DNA of 64,000 nucleotides from Antedon mediterranea (lineage: Eukaryota; Animalia; Echinodermata): NCBI RefSeq assembly GCF_964355755.1, contig NC_092679.1:4060201-4124200 (forward strand), given 5' to 3'. Made by a program: the position numbers and the translations under genes. This document shows, one piece after another, positions 1 through 15,000 of the stretch; the stretch's first letter is position 1; every line of letters begins with the position of its first letter. Below the pieces are notes generated by a model. The model was not told the DNA's origin, searched no databases, and was given only the letters and a program-made list of their open reading frames with translations.

Positions 1-60
1 TGTTTGAGAACCATTATGAAAACATTTTTTATTTTAAAAGTTTTTGTTGATTTTTTTCAG

Positions 61-3000
61 GAACTTGTTAATGAAAAGATTCGGACCCAGCAACAAGATA
101 ACGATTTAGAAAAACTGTCAACAGAATTGGACCGTATTGGTCTAAATAAAGATAAATTAATGAGAGAAGAGCTAAGAGAAGATGAAAGGTACAATCTCTA
201 TTACCTTTACAATTGGTGACCATGAACAATTGTTCTTCTGCAGTTACTGCAGTAACTATATTTTGTTAAATGTTATTTTATCTGCTTTGTGCCCCTTAAT
301 CATAAGCATATTGAAAGAAAATAGTCTAGAAAAAAGGTAGAGAAATATTTGTTCATATTTATTTTGAATGATAATTTTATCATTAATGATGCCTTATGTT
401 TTGTATAATGATTGTTAACATTGCTGACTCTTTTTTTGTAGTCGTATCAAGGCCCTGCAGAGCCAAATGGAGGATACATTAAACAGAAGTATGGAAATTA
501 AGGATGAGAAAATAAAATCACTAGAACAAAGGTTTGTATAACTTTGACTTTTATCCAATACCAATTGATTTATTTTAATTATTGATAATAAAAATGGGAC
601 TTATATATCGCATTATGCAAATCCTCAATGCACTTAACAAAAGAAATAAAAAGCAGAACATGGCCATATACATGGCTGCAGTCATGTGCTCAAATTTGAG
701 TTAGTGTTTACCGACCGACCGACATAGTGAGCTGGTAAAATTAAAAAGATGAGCAAATCATATGTTTTTGGAAAAATAAATTTCTACTGCAATCTATCCA
801 TTTTAATATTAAAATGATCTTATCTTTCGATACAAATTTGTCAAAAGTACATTTGCAAAAGTATTGTGTTTATTAGTTGACTATCCTTGATTAGAAATGA
901 GAGACAATAACCATACATCACAATATCACAACATTAATGTTATTTTTACCTTTATACACATTAAACATGACTCATATATTACACACATAACAAGACTTAG
1001 TCTGTACCATTCATTACTAGAGGCTATCCATTTACTGTGCTACCAGCGAGTATGTTTACTCACATACTTTCAAACCATTTTATCATTATTGAAGGAATAT
1101 AAATAATGAGCCACTTTGGGACTGTGTATTAGGTCACATGATTCATATTGACCATTCGCACATCCTGAATTAGATGTTCATTGTTCCCCGAGGCATGTGA
1201 ATTGTTTTATGATTCTATACTATGTTATGGTAAATCTACCACATTATGAGAGTTTTGCTAAATTACATAATCAAATCAGTTTGAAAATGAAACTAGACAT
1301 TTTTCTGTGAATAAAATTATCATACAAAAGTAAAATGGTCGTCATTATCATCGTTATTGCTGTCATTGCGATTGTGATTAGCATTTTAACAAATGTTAGT
1401 TGTTGAATTAAATATTAGTACAGTAATTTAATCAATTTACACACAAAACATAAAACAAAGGTACATTTTAAGATTCAAGACATTTCATTGGTCCACTTAA
1501 AATGGACATTTTTTTGCTTGGCACAAATTAAGACAATAAAGACAGTAAAAGTAAAATACATCAAATTGCACATTAAAAGAGCCGCATCTCCAAAGATCGT
1601 ATAAATCAAATTACTAATTTTAGCATAATCACATGTTTTTCATCACACCACCACTGAACAATGGTTGATCATTACGCATTACTTGTGTGTTACTGACCTG
1701 TAACAGTCATAGACAGGTCTGCTGTGCTAGATTACATTAATGTTACCGCGACAGGCCTGCCATGCTAGATTACATGAATGTTATTGGCCTATAGTAATAC
1801 ACAGGTCTGGCGTGCTTGGCTAGGCTTAAATATTGAATACTTTAAGTCTGCTCTGATCTAACTGTAGTCTATAATCTATGATGTCCTTGATTATTATTGT
1901 TTGATAATCTGGGATTAGAAATGAAAAATTACTTTGAAAATTTGTAATTATGAATTGATTAATTTTGTGTCGGATAGATTATATATGTAGTATCTGGATG
2001 TTTCTAATTTGGATTGGAGAGAATTGCATTTATTATTTATTATGCCTTTTAAAACCTTGCATAATGTGTACAATGAACTTATAAAAATATGTGATATATC
2101 TGGATTACATAATGCCATGGATATATAATAACTGTTGAGAGAAGCTATTCACATTGAAATGCAATGCCTTATAGACAAATTAAAATGGAAATTAAATTTG
2201 TTTAAATGGCTGCTCATAAATATTTGTGCAATGTATATGCATTATGTTTTTCTTTTTTTATTTCAACCATCTTTAAAGAGTTTACCCCTTCCAGTTTAGC
2301 TCAGTGGGTAACTGATATTCAGGAGCCCTCTTGTTTATTAGTTATCCGCTTAGTAGCGGATAACTCCTTGTAATCGTCCTGTTTCATCATCTTTTTTTTT
2401 TTTTTTTTCTGTATTATACTTCTTTCCTTTGTGCGTCGCGTTTCTCTAAAACGTGTAAACAGAACATATCGTAACTTTGTCAACATATCGACATTTACGT
2501 GAACTTGTGCACCTCCTATTTTTGAATGACGTCAGAGTTGCGCAACGTGACTTACGCGCGATTTTATGAATTTCAATGATTGATCATAGACTAAAAACGA
2601 AACATAATTTTGTTTTGAAACTTTGTGAAAATTTAAGTCACATCAAGCGCAAACTTCCTATGGATTAAAAATAGCATGTTTCACAAAAAATTACGCGCGC
2701 CAGCGCGTTTAAAATTTTAGAGTGCGAAAGATCAACTTCTAATCAACTTTCTATGCGTTTCATGTCATTTTGAGCATGTCAAAAATTCCCACGCGCGCGA
2801 AACTTTTTACGCACGCGGTGCACACTTAGAGTTAAAAACATATTTTTTTCGCGTGATTCATGTTTTTTCAGCCTTTTATAGTAATGTTACCAACCTTTAA
2901 ACAATTTCGACTTAAAATTACGTCATACGAGCACGTCGAATTAAATAATTTGCACGCGTTTCTGGTGAAAAAGTTCAAAAATTCGTCAAAATTATGCCTA

Positions 3001-6000
3001 TTTTTAAACAGTCATAGATTCTAAACTACATGGAGAACTTTTTTTTAATTACATATTCTGGAAGTTGATGAGTTGTAGATATCGAATCATGCATTAATAT
3101 GGCTAACCGGACATTGTGACGTCATCGTATGGCCACGCGAATATAAAATATAGGATTTTTGTCTCTTTCGTCATAGCTCATCACATTTAATAGAGTGCAT
3201 CTCCACTTATTCGTAGTCGATTTTCACCCCGATTTTAATATATTCTAGGTCAATCAACTATCTGTTGCATGAATTAAACATTTTTTAATTTTTTTATCGT
3301 CGTCATGCCTAAAAATTTAAATTACATTGGTCATTAATTTCATCTTTACAGTAAATTTTAATCTGTTATAGCTCGTAAGAATAAAATGTGATAATCAGGA
3401 TTAAAACGTTTTCAGGAAGCTATTGTATTGTAGATACAAAATCATGTGAAAATTGTGCCAATCGAATGTTGTGACGTCATCATATGGCCAGTTAAATACA
3501 AAAAGTCGTATTTTCATCTTTTGCGTTATATTTCATTACATTTAAAAGAGCGCGCATCAATATTTCACGTATTCAAATTTCTTCTACACGTTAATATGTT
3601 GTTGCTGAGATAATTTCATTCTGAAATTTCTACTTTTGCATTTCATTTTGAAACCGTCAAGATGTTAAAAATTACAATAAAATACGGGTCCCGTAATTTC
3701 ACCTATTTTACACTGTTTGTGATATGTATACAGATTGTACTGTGTATACTATATGACACAAAATAACAGAATTCAGAAATAACAACATATCATATTCTTC
3801 AGTTCAGGTCATAATGCCTTAATATTTCTCTGTGTGCAATATTCTAACGTATGACGTGCACGTGGCGTTTGTCGAGCGGATAACTAACTCGTCAAAGTGA
3901 CGAGTTTCATGTCTAGTTATTATAATTTTTTTTGATATAATTAAATATTTAATTTAATTTATGTAGGGAGAAAATTTAAGAAGTGTTTCTTTTTCCTCCT
4001 TTTCTTTCCTTTTAAAATTTTTATTTCCATATGTGATTCTGTATTGTTAATTTTTGTTTGGACTAAAATAAAATAATTCAATGAATATTATTTTTTTTCT
4101 TTAGATTACAAGAATCAACTGGTCGCAACCAAAAGATGAACGAAGAGATCCGATTGGTGAAACGTGAGTACGACAGCCTTCAGCAACAAACAATAGAAGA
4201 CGAAAGGTCAACAATGGATGGACCCGGAAGAGCGTCAGTTAAGTAAGTGAACAAACTTCATCGTTTATCGTTGCTTTTTGTTAAAAAAAGGTCTGCAATT
4301 CAGTCTTTGAACTGTTTAGTAGTTATAAATATTATTGTAGTGTTTTGGAATTAAAATATAAAATATAAAAACTTAATATAAAAATTTAAAAAAAAAAACT
4401 CTTTTTTTGAATAAACTCCCCCCCTTTCGAATAAACTTCTTCTCTCGCCTCACCTCCCCCATAGAACATAATTTTGAATAAACATCCCAGGGCTTTTATT
4501 TATTTCCTCGAATAAACATCCCAGGGCTTTTATTTATTTCCTCAAATAAACACCAACACATGCATATATACACAATATTGTATTAATGTACAACACATTT
4601 CTATTTGTAGTAGAATTCATTTATTGACATGATACAATAAATGTACAACTACAATTTAACTAAATGGAGAAAATATAAGTGGCCTGTTCGAAATAGTATC
4701 CCTTTGCTTTAATGCCATTTTAATACAGGCATTACATTTCTTAATTTTCTTACAGGAGAACTGACAGTGATAAGATTCATGCCAAGCAGATTATTCAAAT
4801 GAAGGATCATCTTGTGGAATTAGAGCGTGAGGTACGTATTAAAGTGACCCACAAAAGATGCAACCATCAACTATGAAAATGATTCTACAAGTTTCCATAG
4901 AGTTATTATACTTAGCTACAAATAGAGAGTGAACTAGGTAACAGTGAAATGATGCTAAGAGCTATATAATTGATGATAAAATACAGCCATATTCGATACT
5001 CCCATTCCACATTGACACTGTCTTTGAACTATGAATATGTTGGAGTTGACTCTCTAGTTTTAATATAATAACTCTATGAAAATGTCATATTCTAAGTTTT
5101 AATATAAACTTCATATTCTGCGATTACTCTATGTAAATGTTTTCTTTTCTTTAGAATGCAACGTTATTAGCAGAAAATAATAATTTGAAGTCGCAAAAAG
5201 AAGGTTTCACAACCCAGACAGCTAATCTACAAACAGAAAACAAAGCATATCAATCAAAGATAGGCATGCTACAAGAACAAAGTTCAAATCTCCAATCCCA
5301 ACATGCAAAGCTACAAGTAGAGCAAGCCACTATTGGTTCGCAGATTTCAACGCTCCAGTCGGAGAACTCTAACCTCCAAACACAGGTTTCTTCACTTGAA
5401 CTCGATGCAGAAAAATCAAAGTCAAAATTGGAAGAAATGGAAGGGACATACGACTCTCTTTTATCAAATTACGATCAATTAACACAGCTCCATGAAAATC
5501 TTAACCAAGAGTATGAAAGCTTAATTAATGAACATAGCACCCTCAAGAGTGAATTGAAGGTCGCAAAGAGCGAGTTCGAAAATGTGAAAGAACAGCGTGA
5601 GGAGATGGAGAAGAAAAAAGTTGATATGCTCCTTCTACAGAGCTCACTCCGTCAGGAAGAGGATTCCATACGGAAGATGAAGCGCGATAAATCTTATGGC
5701 ACACTAGAACGGGATCATGAATCACTACAACATATTTATGACCGTTTAAATAAAGAGTACAAGGAGCTGGAAGAAAAGCATAACACTGTTAAAGGACAGT
5801 ACAGGTGAGAGGGAATGTATTTAATTAACTGAATTAGCATATGTATTAAGCTCTGTCTACACTATCAAACTAGTTTGACAAAAAAGGTGTGATGTGCCCA
5901 AATATTGTATGGATATGCCCAAATATGGTAGTGATATGACATCATCATGTCTATATATGGGCACATCACATTTTGTTGTCATATGAAGTTTGATAATGTA

Positions 6001-9000
6001 GACAAAGCTTAACAGCAAGTGCATAACCAAATTATATACTATATAAGGCCTGCTATCAAACCTTAGTTTTAATATTTTTTACTTTAAAGGACTTTACAGC
6101 GAGATCACACGGTGCTACAAGGGGAACTTCATGATGCTAAAGACCGTTGTCAACAAATGGAGATTGAGAGCAGTAAGGTTGCACACCGGTGTGAGGTAAC
6201 TTTATTTAAATTAATAGTTGAGATACTTCTGTAGGTCCTTGATAATTCTTATGGATAAACTAAACATGAAGATTCGTTGATCAAACAGTTTTTGCTACAA
6301 GATATTTGATAAATTATTAATTTTGTTTTGTAGTTGTTGAATCATTTGAATGGCAACTTAGAAGAAGAGAACAAGAAACTGATGGAGCAACTAAGTCAGT
6401 TGATGGCACAGAATCAGGAGCTACTGGTGTCCACTCTGGAGAGCAAAGAACTACACCACGAGGAACAGAAACAACTTGTGTAAGTCAGGCTCCCGGAAAT
6501 ACTAGCACTTTTCAATTAATTTGTTAATGTGGGAATTTTGTTCACTTTCATCTTTAAAATTTGAATAGCATGCGAACTGAAGAGATAGTAAAAGCATTGA
6601 GTAATGTAAATATTGTTAAGATTTGAAACATTATTATTACAGTATTTGTTATGCCATCCTTTACATGTTTGCAACATTCAAGTTTGTGTTTTCTATTTTG
6701 CAGTGAAAAGTTGAACAATTTACGTCGTCAGAAGGAGAAACTTGAAGAAAAGATTATGGACCAATATAAGAACCACACATCGCCTCAAAAAAGGTATATA
6801 ATTATGAATTGAATGATTGATAGTCATATAATTATAGAGCACTGTACTCATAGCACACTGTATATCCAAACAAGAGAACCAATATAGTCACAAATAGTAC
6901 TACATAATATTGCACAACAAAATTATTTATTTATTACATCTATAACAAATTTTTTTATTTTACCTAATGGTAAAATTAAAACACATCTTCCATAAGCAAC
7001 ATAATTACTATGCTAAATAAACTTAATTCGATTTTTAACTGTATGATGATTTTTTTACCAATCAAATTCTAGCGGTAGTTTTAGCTTAGAGAGCGAACTA
7101 AGCTATCAAAATACAATCTGTTCTGGGTGAGTTGTCTTAGCAATACCCCCTCTCCTGGCATCCGTTCTTCATTTAAGTCTTCTGTTGATAATATATCTTA
7201 AAATGCATCATTATTGTTTGTTTTCTTATTAAAAACTTTACGTACACCGGTATTTTACCCATAATTCTTTTGTTTATTGTTTCCCTAACAACATGGATGC
7301 ATGGTTGTCAAAATATCTTGTCTCAGCATTTGATAATATTCTTACTTTTTGTTTGTTTTTTTATTTTACCGGTTATTATTTTTGAGTGGTATCCTCTAAA
7401 AACTGTTTCAATATATTGCGGTATTTTTTAACAGATCACTCATCAGTATAAACAGTTTTCCCTGTAGAGTTTAATATTCTCTTTCATTTTTTCATTTTAT
7501 TTTTAACTTTATTTATGTAACTTTTTTGCATTTATCTAAAAGGTATCCGGATATATAATTTATGTTTTATAGCGCCATTTAATATAAATTAACTTATATT
7601 TACCCTGACACTTGACAGGGTATATGTTCTCTGGAACGTAGTTTCTCTAGTTTAAGTTTTATTTTATTAGCGCCATTTGATATAATTAACTTCATTTTTG
7701 TTTTTGTACTAGAAGGGTATAAATATTAATTTGTATATACTGTTAATGCTTGAAACCATTTAAATTTAAACTTCTTCAAATGGTTAAGATGATCTTCTTC
7801 AAATTAACAATTGCATGGATATTTTATGTAGGTTTATACTCCCAATCAGGTTTGATTATTTGTATGCTAATAACAGCATGGTATTTATATATAAAGTACT
7901 GTATGTGATTGTGGATTATATGACCTTTGACCTAGAAAGTCAAGCGACCTGGTAATAAAGCATGTTACATGTTGGAATTGTTGTCATTGCATTTTGATGA
8001 GCTGATGATTCACAGAATGTGCCTAGTTGATGGTGGACATAGTGCATTCTAATTATTGCAAGACATATACCAGTAATGAGCATGTGGTTTAATTACTACA
8101 TGTACTATTACAGTAGTGTATACAGTCACTGTCTGTTAAGCGTGGTTCACACTAGCGACGCAACACAAGGACGTAACGCAACGCAAGTGAATTGACCAAT
8201 CACAAACGATGGCTTATTCGCTTGTGATTGCTAACTGTCTATAACTTCGCTGGTCATTGGTTAAAACGCTTGCGTTGCGTTTACGTCCTTGCGTTACGTT
8301 CTAGTGGGAACCAAGCTTTAGTAGTACAGTACTACCATGATAGAAACATGTAACCTAATCTGCCTACGATTCTACTGTATGTACCCCTCTTGTTTAAGAC
8401 TTGTGTCTAAAAGCAAGCTTGTTCAGTATGATTATATAATTAAAAACAAAAGCATATTCAGCCCATAATCAAAGTATTTGTTTTAATAGTACTATTATTT
8501 TGTATCTGTTTTTCAGGAATAAGGGAGGTGGTTTTAGTGGACTTCTGAAACGGATACATAAGGCAAGTTGATTTGGCTACTTTAGGCTGGGTAGAAGAAT
8601 TTAAAAAGTGTAGCTGTAGCTTGGTGGTTTACCGTGCCTGCATTATAATCCTAAGGTCCAGAGTTCAATCGTGACCTAGTGTCAAGATTCAATCCTGAAC
8701 TAGTGCAAGGGGTCAATCTTGACCAAGTGCTAGGGTTCAATCCTAAATTAGTGCTTGCATTCAATCTTGATCAAGTGGCAGGATTCAATCCTAACCTAGT
8801 GTCAAGGTTCAATCCTTACCTAGTGTCAAGGTTCAATCCTGACCTAGTGTCAAGCTTCAATCCTGACCTAGTGTCAAGCTTCAATCCTGACCTAATGTCA
8901 TTTGTCAATCATGACCTAGTGCCAGGGACAGGGCATACGTCCAAGTATGACTATCAAATAGAAGAACTATTAATATTGTTTATCTATAAATTTGTAAATA

Positions 9001-12000
9001 AATTGTTTTAACTTTTTAAAATAATTCTTCAGCCTCGAAATAAAGACAAATCTAAGAAGGAACGTAAGTACTCCCTGGGCAACGACAGCATGGATGGCAT
9101 GGTAGACAGTCCAGGAGAGACATCTTCAGTCGGCTCTGGTGGTGGGGAATCGATTGAAGGAATGACAATAGAAGCGGCCAAACGGCCAGGTGAGACTGCT
9201 TTGCATGTGGTATTGCTAACTAATCAGATATTTTTATCATCACAAACATACATTGAATTTCAGGTTATATGGAAACAAAACAAGAATTTTAATCAATTGA
9301 AAAAATGAATAAAAAGACAGTGTTTAGGATGTATGTTTGTGGTTAAGAATTTCTAAATAATGATAGAAATTAGATTGTTGGATTTATCTTCATTGAAAAC
9401 TTTACAAAACATAAAATGTCATGAGAAGTAAATTAGTTTGTCAAAATAAAATTGTTTGACAAACTAATTTACTTCTCTGGATTTCAAACAAACCTGATGA
9501 ATCTATTCTCCGATAAAATGTTATATTTGAAAATTAAGGAAAACCAAATACAAACTCATAACAGATAAATTAATACAAGCAGAGTTCACATACATCACAT
9601 AATAATAGTGTTCAAATATGGCTCACTTCCATAAACAATTTATATAGTGTACAATAATTCCTGGTAGTGATATGCCCAAATATGGTAGTGATATGCCCAA
9701 ATATGGTAGTGATATGCCCAAATATGGTAGTGATATGCCCAAATATGGTAGTGATATGACATCATTATGTCCATATATGGGCTTTAGATATCCTTTTTAA
9801 CCAACTTTACTCATCTGTCACATAGTCTTCACCCCAGTTTAGATGGTTAATGTATTTTTTTAAAAGGTTATCAAAAGCCTACCATCTGTTTACTACTGTG
9901 TATGAGACAGAATAGAATAAATCAACCCTATACTGACAATAATTACGCATGTATTTTTGTTCCTGTTGATGTTTATAATTCCCATTTTAAAAATTTCTTA
10001 AAGCCTTGTCTACACTATCAAACTGTATGTGTCAACAAAATGTGATTTTATATGGTAGTGATATGTCCATTTTTGGGCACATAACATTTTTTTTACACAT
10101 AAAGTTTGATAGTGTAGACAGAGCTTTATTAGTAGATCTATATGTATGTAGACTTTATTGTTTTTGATCTTGAAATAGTTCAATTGCTTGTTATATCTAT
10201 TAAACATTCTGTGGTTTGTTTTTAATAACGTGTCTTACAATGCATGTTTTTGTTGAATGTATTCTTCGCTTTCACTCGTACTTTAGCTGATCATGACACC
10301 TTCATGAGTGACGACGACCAAGGTAATCAGTCCTATATTCGCCGTAGGAGCAACCTATCTAAGGCCTCGATGCAAAATCGTAAATCAATGCCAGCGTATG
10401 TGCACGAAGCACAGCGTGACCCGGTATTACAGAGGAAAGAAGGTAGTGATTAAGAAATATGTTTGCTGTGGAGCTGCATAACATTGCTAAAACATCACCT
10501 TTATTACCAGAACAGATTTTTTTTTTCTAACTTGCTTTTATTTGTTTAGTTGTTATATTGTTTTGCTGTGTTTACATATGTTTCGACTACCAGCTCTCGA
10601 AATTGGGACCTACAGTCCTCTGCAAAAAAGCTGACGTAAATGCTGATTGACAATGTTAATTTCGAGGGCTGGATTACTATACGTATTATTGTTGGTATAT
10701 TTATTTTCCCACCATAACACTGAGGGTGAAAAGAGATTTTGACTAATCAGTCTTATCATATATGTACACCACATATGGCATAAATATTATATATTTATTT
10801 TATGTATATACTTAATATGTTTACAAGTATTAAAATATACACAATTTATGTATTAATATTATGCATTAATATGCATTAATTTCAAATTATATACCAGTAA
10901 ATAAAACAAATAAAGGAGACTTCAATCTTTAATAATTACTATAAAATTTAGGTTAGAAAGATAAAATATTTTATAATATTAAAATATATCATTTTAATAA
11001 CATCATTCCATGCTCATTTTATTAACGTTTTTTAAGCAACTATATATTTTTTTAAATCTTTAGTTTTGTATTTTTGATATCATAGCTTAATATATATAAT
11101 ATATTTCAAGTACCATATACTTCTCATCTATATTTCATACCGCACTTAACTGAATGTATATATAAAACACAATGTTTTTGTTTTATTATTATTTTTATTA
11201 TTATTATTATATAAACAGTGTCAGTATTCATATTTTTTCAAATCTTTTGCAAAGTAAAACATTATTTTATGCATTAGAATGTCTGACAAAAATTACCATA
11301 ATAATGTTTTAATGTTGTTTTAATAATACTATAATATAAAGTCATATTTATCATTGAAAAGGATGTGTTCTTCATTTATTGTTACCATAAACTTTTTGTA
11401 TGTTTTGTACTTAAACTGTTTTTTTTTTGTTTGTGTGTATTTTACAGTTGTGCATAGTAGTTTATCTTCTGAAGATCTTAGAATGTCAAAAGATGATTTG
11501 GATTCTTTGTCAAGTTCCTCGTCAACTAAGCGAGGTAGGGTGACGGGAAATTTCTTTACTTCTTTACATTTTGTGTTTACATTTTTGTTTGTTTGTATAC
11601 TGTAAATGATCAAATAAGAGCTACTTCTAAAATTGTTTTCATTGAGACTTTTAGTCGACTGCAGCGCTTATCTGTTTTAGTACCATTGACATCGCTGTTC
11701 TGCGACCTATGGGTCACTGCCCCAAACAACGGAAAAAATCTCCAATGCTGAAACTTTTTATCAATTATACACTGCTTTAGATGTGAATCTACAAAACGGA
11801 TTACATTTTACATCAACAGTTTTTTCTTGTGTAGTACAATTGGGAATGTGATAATTCCTAAAATAGAATCATAGGGTCGTGGTCAAAAAAGGATGCGGAA
11901 TGATGATTTAGATGAAATGGTACTAGTCAGCCACCTGCGTGCAAACACCTGCGTGCAAAACTCTGCAACACATCAAAACTATTTTAGTGTCTGTTGTTGG

Positions 12001-15000
12001 TTGGTCTCAGTGCAACACTGATTCTACTGCAATGATTGTTTGAGTGCTGAGCTTGGTTCCCACTTGGGCTGAACATGTAAGGACGCAAGCCATTTAACCA
12101 ATCACGACACGATGGCTCATCCATCCATCTGTTGCCATTGGTCAACTCACTTGTGTTGCGCCCACATAGTTATGTTGTGTCCAAGTGGGATCCAGGGTTA
12201 CGAGTAATAAAAATAAGTAAAAATAAGTTGTATTTATATACAGTGTGGTACAACTAGTAGCTGTGGCCATTATTTAATCATTGATCAGTCTTAAGCTCTG
12301 TCTATACTATCAAAATAGTTTTACAAAAAAAGTGTGATGATATTGTAATGATGTGATCATGTCCATACAGTATATGGACACCACACATCACATTTATTAG
12401 CCACAAAGTTTGATAGCATAGACAGAGCTTTACATATAATGTTGTGGAACTATTGACTAAACAATAATAAACACATTTTGATTTTGAATAATTCCAATTT
12501 TAAAGATTTATATAAATAATTACTTTTGTTTATAACCATTTCAAATGAATATTATTTGCACCTTAACAATTAAACAGATAAATATGCAATATAAATGAAA
12601 CAATTAATTTAATTAAAAATTATTTTATTAACATGACTTTTAAATTTTATTCATTTTTGAAAATGTTTAATAATTTTATGTTTCATTTTTTTTTTTTTTA
12701 TTTCATACACATTTTTGTTGGAAATTTAATTTTAACTACATTATTATTTAATCAGATTATTTTAAAAATCATTTTTTATCTAAAAATTATTAACCAATCC
12801 ATATTTGTTATTTATAACTTCATATTTCTGTTGCCATCATTTGTTTTGATAACTTTTTATTAGCACCAGCTGCCAGAAGGAGCAGTTTTGAAAAAGCCCT
12901 CGAGGCTTACCCCTCCCTCAACCTTTCCGACGCCTTCCCTCCGGATACGTACTTTCCTGACTTTGAGTTTGGTAAATGCAACCTAATTTCAACAAATACA
13001 GCTTGATATATATTTTTTTTTTATTGGTTGAAAAATTTGTATAATTTTGGAATTTTTGTTTCTTGGATTGCTCTTTGTACCTGAACTTTGACCTCTTTCT
13101 CAGCATGTATAGACAAGTGTCATGAGTTACTAACCTTATTGGATACTAGTTCCGGTGTAATCTCGGCAAACGGCACCGCGAAACCAATGGCAGGTAGTAG
13201 ATGACAATCACTGGAGGCCAGTTTACCACGCGATCGCACTCGTAAATATCGCAAACACAGCTTTCTTTACAACATTGTGGTTATTATAAATTAACATTTA
13301 AAAAAGAAATGAAAATCTGATGATAAAAATAAAGATCGTAATACTAAACTTCATTAATATGGTGTGGATGAAAATTAATTTCAATTGGGATGGAAAAACA
13401 GCAACAAAAACTGGAAACTCTAGAACTAAAAAAAAAGTACATTAATAAATACATATATAAATACATAAATGAGTGCACTACATATAAATGCAATGTATAT
13501 AAATAATGACACACATCATGTAGAATTAACAAAACAATACGATCATGTAATAATATAAAAAAAACATTTTTCAACTAATTGAAATTTTTAATTCTTTGTC
13601 AAGAATAGAAATGGTAGTAAGGTTTATGAATTGGGAATTACACACTATCGGTATTATTCTATTTTGGTCCGGTGTCTTTCCTTTCTGTCTTTCTCTCCTC
13701 ATTTTTGTTTTTGTCAAGCTCTCATCCTCATCGGTTCATGATTGGCATGCAGGCATCTTGATTTTCTTCTATCTATCTATTTTATTTTCCGTTAGGAAGG
13801 AAAAAGGGGAAAGAGAAAAAGGGATTATCAGCTGTTCCCGCTAAAAGCACGCCTAACCTGAGCACACTTGGTTCTGGTATGGTTATGTTAGCTACTGTTT
13901 ATGTTGCATAGTCTTCTTCCAATGCAAAATGTGAAAGAAATAAACATTTCTTTTTGCCTCCCTAAAGGGCCTTTCACACCTGTGAACCGGTTCCAGCGCC
14001 GGGATATCAAATCGAATGTCAATGTTTTGTTTCCACACAGCTATGTGCATATCGATTACTGCATAGCCGTGTGGAGTGTCATGAAAACGAAACATTGACG
14101 TACGCTTTGATTTGCCGGCACCGTGCTGGAACAGGTGTGAAAGGCCATTTAATCTCCAAATAATTTATAAACGTTGAAGATGAGGAAATTTGTGAGAATT
14201 AGAAAAAGTCCCGACCAAGGTTTATACCAAAATCTTTTGCTTAAAATGCATCCTACCATTAGACCACATGGTATGGTTCAAATCCGATCAAAAATATTAA
14301 TATTCATTTTTTATTTTAAACTCAATTGTAACAAACTTTTTTGTAAATTGGAACTCACTGTTAAATTGTCACTTTTTCTACTACAGTAATATCTTGCTTT
14401 GGAAGGAGACATGTATTTTATTTACTAGAATATTATAATCTAATTTTAATGTCATGCTAATATAATATATTGGTTTTTGTTATTAATATCATTTAACTAC
14501 TAATATATTATATATTTTAGTTATATTTATTCATTTTGCAATCAAATTTATTGTGTTTATTATTATTTGCAACACTTATTAACTAAAATGTTAATCTAGT
14601 TCAAATTGATGTTTTTAGAGGACTTTTCCAGGTAAAAGAAAGAAAGTTCTTTCAGTACATATTCATATTTTTTGTATAATGTTTTGTATTGAAATGCACA
14701 TTTGATCATTTTGTAAAAATGTTTAAAAAATATTTATATATATTTGCTTTTGGAAATAAAAATGACATAATTGGTTTGATTGCAAGATATAAATAATTAT
14801 TGCATAAACTAAGGTAAGTTTTTACTAATAGAATAGTCTTAGTTTAATATAATTTTATCAATTGAAAACTTAGTGAGTTCCCTTATTTGTTTAGATATCC
14901 CGGCTAATAATGTTAATACTTAGTGGAGACTTTATACAAATACGACACTAAAGACGGCAAAGCATTAGTCCAACTACTGCACATGCTTTTAAACCAAACA

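Noticed and set aside
7995-8020. CTGATGA hammerhead-like core
   Set aside because: No stem II or GAAA follows it.
8679-9011. 110-aa ORF with FNPDLVS repeats
   Set aside because: Product of a 24-bp intronic minisatellite, with no fitting splice sites.
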